From IMG/VR virus record IMGVR_UViG_2061766007_000929: DNA of 11,783 bases; one strand, given 5' to 3'. Numbering within the stretch: position 1 is the stretch's first letter; every line of letters starts with the position of its first letter. The notes beneath the pieces are model-generated. The model was not told the origin of the DNA. It ran no database searches and saw nothing but the letters and a program-made list of their open reading frames with translations. The DNA is from an uncultured virus (IMG/VR IMGVR_UViG_2061766007_000929) (taxonomy: Duplodnaviria; Heunggongvirae; Uroviricota; Caudoviricetes). This document shows, piece after piece, positions 1 through 7,806 of this stretch. The position numbers and the translations under genes are program-made.

Positions 1-576
1 ATCAAGTCCTTGCGTAAAGTCAATGATTGCACCCGTTTCCCGGTATTGTGTCATTAAATCCCGCTTGTCTAGGCAGGCAGTAATGTTCGGGTCTAAGACT
101 CGAATCTCGTTTTGCCCCCCCAGTTTCCAGAAATTGGAAACATCCGCGACCTTGACGCTCCGGCATCCCTCTTTCGCCGCGACATGGCAGAATGAGCATT
201 GGCGTGGGCATCCCCTGGAAGTCATGGACACGGCAAAATCGTACTGCGGGTAGATGCTGTAATCCGGGAAGCAGGATTCTATCTCCGGCGGAAGCTCCTT
301 GTTTTTGCTATGGTCGAAACGTTCCTTGCCTTCTTCGTCAAGGCTGATGCAGTAGCCGGTTCCCCCCTTAATCACCAGGTCCGCATTCATCGGCTCCGGC
401 ACATCCGGGGAGTAGGCGTCGGAAAATACCTTGCTCATGTAGACAACGTCGTAATGCTCAAGGTCGCTCCACCACCATTCCACCGAATCTCCCCTTGCCT
501 TGTGGTATGCGCTGATCCGCATGAGCGCCAGGTTTGGGAAGTTGTGACCATCGACGTCGATCAGCCCGATTCGCAT
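1..576 (-). CDS. Radical SAM protein with an N-terminal cobalamin-binding-like domain; 3' end lies beyond the window
   Basis: Not in the ORF track because there is no stop in the window. Manual translation from ATG 576 (AAGGA RBS upstream) gives 192 open codons: MRIGLIDVDGHNFPNLALMRISAYHKARGDSVEWWW...VYMSKVFS...KGGTGY...FPDYSIYP...TSRGCPRQCSFCHV...VLDPN...DFTQGLD. The CxxxCxxC motif (187-210) preceded by SRG is the radical SAM [4Fe-4S] signature. Confidence 0.88.
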   Translation of the reverse strand, partial: MRIGLIDVDGHNFPNLALMRISAYHKARGDSVEWWWSDLEHYDVVYMSKVFSDAYSPDVPEPMNADLVIKGGTGYCISLDEEGKERFDHSKNKELPPEIESCFPDYSIYPQYDFAVSMTSRGCPRQCSFCHVAAKEGCRSVKVADVSNFWKLGGQNEIRVLDPNITACLDKRDLMTQYRETGAIIDFTQGLD

Positions 577-593
577 TTTCTATCCTTCTTCCG

Positions 594-1612
594 TTATGCC
601 GTCTCGCTGCTCATTTCATCAAACAAGCTGCTTTCGTATTCAAACGTGTCCTTCGACGTTTTCCCAGCTTTGATTCCGTATTCCAACTCAATCCTCGTGT
701 CTTCGATGCGCTTCTCCGCAAGCGCCACATACTCCGGATTCAGCTCCGTTCCGATGTAGTTGCGCCCCAACTTTACGCACACAACGCCGGTTGTGCCTGC
801 TCCGTTAAACGGGTCAAGCACCGTATCGCCTTCGCGGCTCCCCGCAAGGATGCAGGGCGTCACAAGTGCTTCTGGAAAGGTTGCGAAGTGCGCCCCGCTG
901 TAAGGAATCGTGGCGATTTGCCACACGTCTCGCTTGTTACGCATTTCGTATTGATTTGTGGTGAGACCGCCCATATGCGTCCTGCCGGGGGTATTATTAA
1001 GCTTCGTCGTTTCACGGTCTCGGATGGTATCATCGAAGGTTGTGGTAGGCTCCTGTATCGCCTTGTAGTCGTAGTAATACTTCGGCTTCTTGCTAAGAAG
1101 AAAGACGTACTCGTGGCTGCGAGTGCATCTGTCCGTTACGCTTTCTGGCATACAGTTCCGTTTTGCCCAAATGATATCCTGCCTGAGATACCATCCATCT
1201 TCCCGAAGCGCAAAAGCCAGCATCCAAGGGATTCCAATGAGGTCTTTCTGTTTTATCCCGTTCCAAGGCTTTTTATCCGGTCTCTTTCCGGCTTCACGCT
1301 GGTTTGACTTCCCGCCCTTGAGCGTACTCTTGTTGTTTCCTTCACTTCCGGTTTTGTTTCCGCAATAGCTGTCCCCGATATTCAGCCAAAGCGTTCCGTC
1401 ATCTTTCAGCACACGCTTGACCTCACGGAATACATCCACGAGGTTGTGTATATATTCCGCTGGTGTTTGTTCAATTCCTATCTCTAGTTGCCCCCCCCGT
1501 AACATCTTAGGGCAAAATACGGAGGGCTTGTCACGCACATCTGCACGGACTCGTCTGGCAGTTCTTTCAGCTTTTCCCTTGCGTCACCGCATAGAATTCT
1601 CGTGTTTACCAC
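594..1612 (-). CDS. Beta-class N4-cytosine/N6-adenine DNA methyltransferase, frameshifted at a G8 tract (OFF allele, pseudogene or sequencing error)
   Basis: The N-terminal frame (GTG 1612, 9 nt after GGAGG) reads VNTRILCGDAREKLKELPDESVQMCVTSPPYFALRCY with catalytic motif IV TSPPY and stops at 1484. The second frame continues QLEIGIEQTPAEY...RVLKDDGTLWLNIGDSY...HFATFPEALV...VLDPFNGAGTTG (motif I)...YIGTELNPEY to 594. The frames join at the homopolymer 1491-1498. Confidence 0.9.
1491..1498 (-). repeat. G8 homopolymer tract at the methyltransferase frameshift
   Basis: The minus strand reads TAC GGGGGGGG CAA CTA GAG. Six or nine G restore the reading frame, while eight G give GGG GGG GGC AAC TAG (stop). 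Confidence 0.85.
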
Positions 1613-1626
1613 AGTCTGCATCCTCC

Positions 1627-3412
1627 TCACCCGGCACTCACAAGCCTGCCAAGCTGCTTCATCGATACTATCGTCACATCCGCAGCTTCGTAGTTGGCTC
1701 TCACTACGGCTTCCGCGAGCGGAGGGCATACGGCGTTTCCGCACCGGGCCACCTGTTTGCTTTTTCCGTATTCGTTTCCGAGATAGTCACGGTCGATGAT
1801 ATAGTCAGGTGGGAACCCCATCGCGGCATAAAGCTCTTTCGGTGCCAGCATACGGAGAAGAATATCCCGGATGTAGTAGGGTGTCCCGTCGATGACAAGC
1901 AGAAGCACTTCGTCATCCGCCAAAGAATAGCCGCAGTATCGGTTCAGCAGTTCCCGGACTTTTGGCCAGTATCCGAGGGATTCACCAGCACAGTATTTCT
2001 TGATAACGGTATGGCAAAGGCCAAATTCTCCGGCGCTTTGGGTGATGGTTCGCAGTGGCTTTCCAATCTTTTGTCCTTTGTCCTGCCCCTTAAATTCGAC
2101 AATATGAGAGGCGCACAAAGCGTTATGGTCGATTCCCGTCACCGTCGGCAGCGGTTCCTTTGCCTNNNNNNNNNNNNNNNNNNNNNNNNNNNNNNNNNNN
2201 NNNNNNNNNNNNNNNNNNNNNNNNNNNNNNNNNNNNNNNNNNNNNNNNNNNNNNNNNNNNNNNNNNNNNNNNNNNNNNNNNNNNNNNNNNNNNNNNNNNN
2301 NNNNNNNNNNNNNNNNNNNNNNNNNNNNNNNNNNNNNNNNNNNNNNNNNNNNNNNNNNNNNNNNNNNNNNNNNNNNNNNNNNNNNNNNNTTCATTCCGTT
2401 CGCCCGCACGTTTTCCGTCTGTTCCGTGTGGTACTGAATGAGCTGGGCTGCCTGAAGGATCTGCTTTCCGTCGCTCGTTACGGTATGAATCGGCATATCT
2501 GCCGGAAAACCGACGCTTCCGTTTGTGTTGGAGAACGTCACCGGAGAAATCACTGTATTTTCGCGTATCTGCTCGCCCGTTCTGAATGNNNNNNNNNNNN
2601 NNNNNNNNNNNNNNNNNNNNNNNNNNNNNNNNNNNNNNNNNNNNNNNTCGAATTACGCGCCGCAGCGTATTGTCTGCCAGAGGTCTCACCGCATTGACTC
2701 CGTACTTTTCCTTGATCTCCGCTTTACTGGCAAAGATAGAATACATGGGAAGGCTCCAGTCGATGATTTCCGCCGCGCTGCGCCATTTCTTTTTGCCACC
2801 GCTCCCGTCCTGATTGTGCGTAGCCTCCGGCCATACGATTGGCTTTCCGTCGCAGCGGGCGATCAACACAAACCGCTTTCGGATCGTAGGCGCTCCGTAA
2901 TCCGCCGCCACCAGTTCCCGGTGCTCGATGGCGTACCCCAGGCTTTTGAGCTGAAGTTTCCACTGGCTGAACGTCTGTCCGGCTTTGCTCTTGATGGGCT
3001 TTCCCTTCCGGACCGGCCCCCATGTCTGAAATTCCTCCACGTTTTCCAGAATGATGACGCGGGGCCGTACCGCCGCCGCCCATCGAAGCACGATCCACGC
3101 AAGGCCACGGATATTCCTGTCTACCAATGCAGATCCCTTGGCCTTGGAGAAGTGCTTGCAGTCCGGAGAAAACCACGCCAGCCCAACGGGTCTCCCCCTG
3201 CACACTTTCACCGGGTCCACGTCCCAAACTGAAGCCTGAATATGTTCCGTGTACGGGTGATTTGTTTTGTGCATGAGGATGGCATCCGGGTCGTGGTTTA
3301 TGGCGATGTCTACCACGCGCCCCGTCGCCAGTTCAATCCCCGTGCTCGCTCCTCCACCACCGGCAAAATTATCAACGATTATTTCTCCAAAAAGATCAAA
3401 CTGCCCGTTCAT
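1627..3412 (-). CDS. C5-cytosine DNA methyltransferase (phage type); interrupted by two N-gaps
   Basis: Motif I NFAGGGG, motif IV SPDCKHFS, motif VI ILENVEEF, motif VIII PTIRKR in ORF 2123..3412. Motif IX/X RMLAPKELYAAMGFP...CGNAVCP in ORF 1627..2553. The frame change falls inside N-run 2589-2647. Confidence 0.9.
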
Positions 3413-3615
3413 TCTTTTTTATCGTCCTCTCTTTCTGCTTTCTTCCTGTCGAAAACTTTGCACCTGACCCCACCGTATCCATCCTTGTACCCGTTGCCGC
3501 ACTTTGAAGCACAGCAGTACATACACACGGTTTTCTCCGGTTTCTTGTGGCACGGCCCAATCAGGCTCTCGTAGTAGCTTCGCTTGCACACGTCGCACTT
3601 CAACCGTTCCGCCAC
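3409..3615 (-). CDS. Small Cys-rich, putative metal-binding protein (68 aa)
   Basis: 8 Cys including CDVC and CMYCC. It fills the space between dUTPase and the methyltransferase, and its TGA overlaps the methyltransferase ATG (ATGA, 3409-3412). Confidence 0.7.
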   Translation of the reverse strand: MAERLKCDVCKRSYYESLIGPCHKKPEKTVCMYCCASKCGNGYKDGYGGVRCKVFDRKKAEREDDKKE

Positions 3616-3618
3616 GGT

Positions 3619-4041
3619 CTACTTCCCGCTACTCCCGAATCCGTTCGCCCCGCGCTCGGAATCATCCAGCTCCGCCACTACGTCCAACCATTCGATGTCC
3701 GCCAGCTTGAGAACCGTCACTTGGCTAATCTTATCCCCTGCGTGGAATCTGTAATCCTTCCCTCTGTCGTGGTTGTAGAGCTTCACGAGATACGATCCGG
3801 AATACCCGGCGTCCACAAGTCCCGTGCTGAGGATGCTGTGCTTCACGTTGAGTCCGCTCTTGCTCACCAGCAGACCGCAGTAACCCTCCGGGATCTGCAT
3901 ATGTACGCCGGTGTCATGCACCGCGCTCCCTCCCGCCGGAACGGTGAAGTCCTCTCTGGCGTACAGATCCCACCCGGCGTCCGTATCGTGAGCGCGTGTC
4001 GGGAGGATTGCGTTCTTGTCAAGCTTGACCTGAATTGTCAC
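3619..4041 (-). CDS. dut: Trimeric dUTPase
   Basis: All five motifs are present: AGWDL, SKSGL, GLVDAGYSG, KISQ, RGANGFGSSG. GTG start overlaps the upstream stop (GTGA), with a GGAGG-like RBS. Confidence 0.95.
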   Translation of the reverse strand: MTIQVKLDKNAILPTRAHDTDAGWDLYAREDFTVPAGGSAVHDTGVHMQIPEGYCGLLVSKSGLNVKHSILSTGLVDAGYSGSYLVKLYNHDRGKDYRFHAGDKISQVTVLKLADIEWLDVVAELDDSERGANGFGSSGK

Positions 4042-4412
4042 TGTTTTTTCTCCCCTCCGTTGTCTTTACCCGTCATATATTTGGGGTTTAAGCTTTTGTC
4101 TCCGAAGAACTCCGCCGCCACCGTCTTGATGAAATCACCGTGCCAACGAAGTGCAGTCCGCTCCGATATCCCAAGCTTCATCGCCGCTCCCTGGAGCTGA
4201 TGGCTTTTCCGCCAGTAGACCATCTCAATCAGTTCTACGCGGAGACGTCCGCTTCCTCTCCGAAAAGTCTCGTCAACCGCACGGCGTACAGCTTCCCGCT
4301 CTCTTCTCTCCAAATCGCTTCCCGTTGCTTCCGGTGCGGCATAGCTGCGGACAATGTATTTCATATAGCCCCACCATCCCCGGTTTCGGTGCGGTCTTTT
4401 ATCGTATCCCAA
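4038..4412 (-). CDS. Phage transcriptional regulator, ArpU/RinA-like, with C-terminal HTH
   Basis: LIEMVYW...LQGAAMKLGISERTALRWHGDFIKTVA resembles the sigma-region-4-like HTH of ArpU/RinA late activators. TTG start directly follows the DnaC-like stop. Confidence 0.6.
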   Translation of the reverse strand: MGYDKRPHRNRGWWGYMKYIVRSYAAPEATGSDLERREREAVRRAVDETFRRGSGRLRVELIEMVYWRKSHQLQGAAMKLGISERTALRWHGDFIKTVAAEFFGDKSLNPKYMTGKDNGGEKKQ

Positions 4413-4418
4413 CCCAGC

Positions 4419-5315
4419 TCACCCCTTACCGTAGACGATTTCCCTCAGGACGTTTGCCTTTGCTTTCCTCTTCTCCACCCTGCGGCTCTCCCCGGAAAAG
4501 ACCATCGGTACACACATTTCCAAGATTCGGTCATAGATGCGCTTGTATCTCAGACCGTCCTGGACCCGAAGGTCTTTCAAACTCAAGTTGGTAGTGACGA
4601 TCATCGTCTTTTTTCTTCGGTAGCAAGCGTCTATAAATTGATACATTGTTTCCGAAGTGTATTCCGTGTCCCGTTCCACTCCCAAATCATCCACGATGAT
4701 AAGGTCGTATTCCATCGCTTGCCGCACGAGTGAGTTCATCTCAAACTTCGACGTACTCAGGATCGTCGGGAAGTTGGTCATAAGAACCGGAACTCCACGG
4801 TCGATGAGTGCGTTTGCAATGCAAGCGGCTGCGTAAGTTTTTCCGGTTCCCACCGGGCCGCTCATAAGCAGCCCGGTGTTCTCAGCCTTTATTTCGTTCC
4901 AGTGTTCCACAAACGCCTGGCACTTCTGGATGTTCTCGCATCCGTCCGACCCCTCAAATCGAATGTCCCGAAGACTATCATCCGAGATTCCGCTGACCCG
5001 CATANNNNNNNNNNNNNNNNNNNNNNNNNNNNNNNNNNNNNNNNNNNNNNNNNNNNNNNNNNNNNNNNNNNNNNNNNNNNNNNNNNNNNNNNNNNNNNNN
5101 NNNNNNNNNNNNNNNNNNNNNNNNNNNNNNNNNNNNNNNNNNNNNNNNNNNNNNNNNNNNNNNNNNNNNNNNNNNNNNNNNNNNNNNNNNNNNNNNNNNN
5201 NNNNNNNNNNNNNNNNNNNNNNNNNNNNNNNNNNNNNNNNNNNNNNNNNNNNNNNNNNNNNNNNNNNNNNNNNNNNNNNNNNNNNNNNNNNNNNNNNNNN
5301 NNNNNNNGTGTCCAC
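4419..5315 (-). CDS. DnaC/IstB-like AAA+ helicase loader; start uncertain, N-terminus largely in an N-gap
   Basis: Walker A GPVGTGKT, Walker B LIIVDDLG, sensor IVTTNL, RIYDRI, GESRR. It lies directly downstream of the replication initiator. Candidate GTG start at 5315. Confidence 0.88.
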   Translation of the reverse strand: MDXXXXXXXXXXXXXXXXXXXXXXXXXXXXXXXXXXXXXXXXXXXXXXXXXXXXXXXXXXXXXXXXXXXXXXXXXXXXXXXXXXXXXXXXXXXXXXXXXXXXXXMRVSGISDDSLRDIRFEGSDGCENIQKCQAFVEHWNEIKAENTGLLMSGPVGTGKTYAAACIANALIDRGVPVLMTNFPTILSTSKFEMNSLVRQAMEYDLIIVDDLGVERDTEYTSETMYQFIDACYRRKKTMIVTTNLSLKDLRVQDGLRYKRIYDRILEMCVPMVFSGESRRVEKRKAKANVLREIVYGKG

Positions 5316-6131
5316 TCTTTCCACCAGGGTTCGTTTTCTTGATGCTCCCAAACGCTACGCCCATATACCCGTTGGCTATGCTGTCAGAGATAACGGTTAT
5401 TACCGCCGATTCTCCGTAGTCTTCTGCATAGCCTTTCACCTGCGTAATGAACTTCTTGATGCTCACAGGCTTGTAGGCTTCCTTGCGCTGCTTTTTGTAT
5501 TTCAGCCATTCCACTACGGAGTCTGCCATCGGTTTTGAAAGCACCGAAAGGTCTTTCTCGAATTCTTCTTTCCCGTATTCAGGCTTTTGGGGAGATTTTT
5601 TTCTTTCTTTTTCATTCCCCCCCACACCCCCCTTTAGGGGGGTATNNNNNNNNNNNNNNNNNNNNNNNNNNNNNTACTTTGCGTTACCTCGTAACTCTCT
5701 GTAACGTTACATAACGTTACATCTGTTTTTTCTTCCGGGGATTGTAACGCCTTTTGTGACTCCCGGTACTTCGCAACGCGCTTTCTGGTCTGCTCCCGGA
5801 TTTTGTCCAGACCATCCGCGTTCTGGTGCGCAGCCCAGTCTTCAATGGCAAGAAATCCGTCCCGGCGAATCATACCGAATTTTTCAAGCGCGTCCAGTGC
5901 GAGGGTGACGGTGTTCTCTTCAAAGTCCAGTTCGTCCGCCAGCATCTTCGGCGTGTAGGGGATGTTCTCCGTCAGAAATATCATTCCCCCTGCATTGCAC
6001 TTCCCGGCCAGCGTAAGGAGCATGACCCAAATCAGCACGATGTTGTTCCCGTCCGGCAGTTTGCGAAGGTGTCGGATCTTCCGGTTCTCAAACATGTCGG
6101 TGGTAATCTTGATCCACTTGACTTCTGACAT
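5308..6131 (-). CDS. Phage replication initiator (replisome organizer N-terminal domain); stop codon inside the N-gap
   Basis: MSEVKWIKITTDMFENRKIRHLRKLPDG...IWVMLLTLAGKCNAGG...IPYTPKMLADEL is typical of the phage replisome organizer N-domain. After gap 5646-5674 it continues TPLKGGVGGNEK...EWLKYKKQRK...SDSIANGYMG. RBS GGAGGTGA at 6135-6142. Confidence 0.88.
5681..5750. repeat. GTAAC/GTTAC iteron-like palindromic cluster, putative phage replication origin
   Basis: GTTACctcGTAAC (5683-5695), perfect palindrome TGTAACGTTACA (5700-5711), TAACGTTA (5712-5719) and TGTAAC (5743-5748), all within the initiator linker region. Confidence 0.65.
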
Positions 6132-6146
6132 CGCTCACCTCCGAAA

Positions 6147-6713
6147 CTAGCTGTTTTCATCAGGAGAAATGACTAAATAGCGGTTGCCATTTATGTCTCT
6201 TACGTGGCCGTACCCCCTACGCTTAACACATGAGATATAGCCGTCATTTCTCCCAAGAAATTTGCTTGCTTGCATATATGAACGGAACCCCATCTCATAC
6301 CCGTTTTCATCAACTAGCCAGACCGCCTTTTGAAAAGAGTCAAATAATCCCATTTCAAATCCGAGGCGCACGTTTTCCGATAGGCTTACCCATTCAAGGT
6401 TCTCTGGCCGGTTGTCATGGTAGTTCCCGTTAATATGATTGACAGTTTCCTTCTCCATCGGAGGACGCAACCAAGCAGAAGCTACTAGCCTAGACACCAA
6501 ATAATCTTTTGGCGTCTTATTCTTCCAAAGCGTTACTCGTTCGTCTGTCCTTTTTGGGGGTGACTGACGCTTTGTTTTCAATATACGGACACGCCAATGT
6601 CTGATTCCGCTTCGTACTGATTCTGTGGTTTTACCAGGTGCCGTCCGTATTCTTCCTAGATTCGATGCTTCGTAGATTCCTTCGTATCCCGGAATAGCTT
6701 TCCATTCTTCCAT
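6147..6713 (-). CDS. NUMOD4-HNH homing endonuclease (I-HmuI-like), free-standing
   Basis: MEEWKAIPGYEGIYEASNLGRIR is a NUMOD4 motif. RLVA...VNHINGNYHDNRPENLEWVSLSEN is an HNH/HNN core. C-terminal FRSYMQASKFLG is NUMOD1-like. ATG 6713 follows GGGAGG. Confidence 0.9.
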   Translation of the reverse strand: MEEWKAIPGYEGIYEASNLGRIRTAPGKTTESVRSGIRHWRVRILKTKRQSPPKRTDERVTLWKNKTPKDYLVSRLVASAWLRPPMEKETVNHINGNYHDNRPENLEWVSLSENVRLGFEMGLFDSFQKAVWLVDENGYEMGFRSYMQASKFLGRNDGYISCVKRRGYGHVRDINGNRYLVISPDENS

Positions 6714-6726
6714 GATTTCCTCCCGT

Positions 6727-7179
6727 TCAGAACGGAAGACCATCTTCCAGATCGTCGTCCACTTCCTCGAACTGGGGTGTGCTACCTCCAAGTGCCTCCG
6801 CGCCGCCGGTGCTTCCGCTCTGCGCGGGATAGTACGCTCCTGCGTCCGGCACAACCACGGGGCTACTGCACCAGGAGAGGTTCAAGTCCCAGTAAGTCTT
6901 CTCGTTGTACTCCCGGCTTTCGAGATTGCCGATACAGCAGATGGGGTCTCCCTTTTGGAGATCCTTGCAGTACGCCGCGAGAGCACGACTGTACGCAACG
7001 CAGTCCACGAATACCTTATCTTCGGAGTCCTTCTTCACTCCGGCAATCACGCCGAACTTTACGAAGAAGCCCCCGGTTTTCGTATTGATGATTTGCGGGT
7101 CGCGGCTCACGTTGCCGTGGACGAGGCGGCTGTTGCCACCAAGGTTTACGACGCCGCCAGCAGGAGTTCTGGTTGCCAT
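6727..7179 (-). CDS. ssb: Single-stranded DNA-binding protein
   Basis: OB-fold pattern HGNVSRDP...FVDCVAYSRALA...LQKGDPICCIGNLESREY, a Gly/Ser linker and acidic tail DDDLEDGLPF. ATG 7179 follows GGAGG. Confidence 0.9.
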   Translation of the reverse strand: MATRTPAGGVVNLGGNSRLVHGNVSRDPQIINTKTGGFFVKFGVIAGVKKDSEDKVFVDCVAYSRALAAYCKDLQKGDPICCIGNLESREYNEKTYWDLNLSWCSSPVVVPDAGAYYPAQSGSTGGAEALGGSTPQFEEVDDDLEDGLPF

Positions 7180-7201
7180 TGTCACTTTCCTCCGTATGAT
7201 T

Positions 7202-7801
7202 TTATTCAGGATATCTGGTGAAATAATGCCCACCGACATGGAGAAAAATCTCTCCGTAAATCGGCGACCTGGCGAAGAAAACCACGTCCGGTTCGAGGAT
7301 CGGCGTCTCTGTAAGCGCCAGTTCCACCGCCTCATACTGAGCATCTGTCGGAGTTATCTCGTCCAGTTCAGGCACTCCGTAGTCCGGAGCAAACTGCCCC
7401 GGCTGATACAGCACGTCATACACGGTATTCGGGAAATGATCGCTCAAAACGCGGTTCAGGACGACTTCAACCACGAGCCGCATACCAAGTGTCTTCTCAC
7501 CACGGGCTTCTCGCCACGCCAGACACGCCAGAAGTTCTTTCTCTTCGTTGGTAATGCTGATGCCTTTCCATCGTTCGGCGTGTTCCTGCGCGATTATGGG
7601 GCGTTCTACGACGATTTCTTTTTCTCTTATGACCGGGATGACCACTCTTACCGGGGCGGGGACAGGCACGTATTCCATGTAAGGTCGCTCGATGACCAAA
7701 AGTTCCGATTCCGGCGTACCAACGGCTTCCGCGTCTGGNNNNNNNNNNNNNNNNNNNNNNNNNNNNNNNNNNCCGAGCCAGTCTCTGCACTTTCTTTTCA
7801 T
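7202..7801 (-). CDS. SleB/CwlJ-like cell wall hydrolase (Hydrolase_2 family)
   Basis: LLACLAWREARGE (catalytic Glu), VVEVVLNRVLSDHFPNTVYDVLYQPGQF and C-terminal VGGHYF. The basic N-terminus MKRK precedes an N-gap that may hide a membrane anchor. Confidence 0.9.
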   Translation of the reverse strand: MKRKCRDWLXXXXXXXXXXXXPDAEAVGTPESELLVIERPYMEYVPVPAPVRVVIPVIREKEIVVERPIIAQEHAERWKGISITNEEKELLACLAWREARGEKTLGMRLVVEVVLNRVLSDHFPNTVYDVLYQPGQFAPDYGVPELDEITPTDAQYEAVELALTETPILEPDVVFFARSPIYGEIFLHVGGHYFTRYPE

Positions 7802-7806
7802 CGTTT

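Noticed and set aside
2589..2647. Apparent frameshift in the C5 methyltransferase
   Set aside because: The frame change lies inside an N-run. Gap lengths look unreliable: the recT gap at 9008-9045 seems too short for the conserved segment expected there.
1..3412. Restriction-modification system
   Set aside because: No restriction endonuclease or specificity subunit is seen next to the methyltransferases, which look like orphan phage enzymes.
4419..5004. IS21 element suggested by the IstB-like ATPase
   Set aside because: There is no IstA transposase or terminal inverted repeat, and the position after a replisome organizer indicates a phage helicase loader.
5646..5674. Apparent split of the replication initiator into two ORFs
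   Set aside because: The break coincides with an N-run, and the two sides read as the N- and C-terminal parts of one protein.
6132..6726. Group I intron around the HNH gene
   Set aside because: The flanking genes are complete and the spacers are too short for intron core elements.
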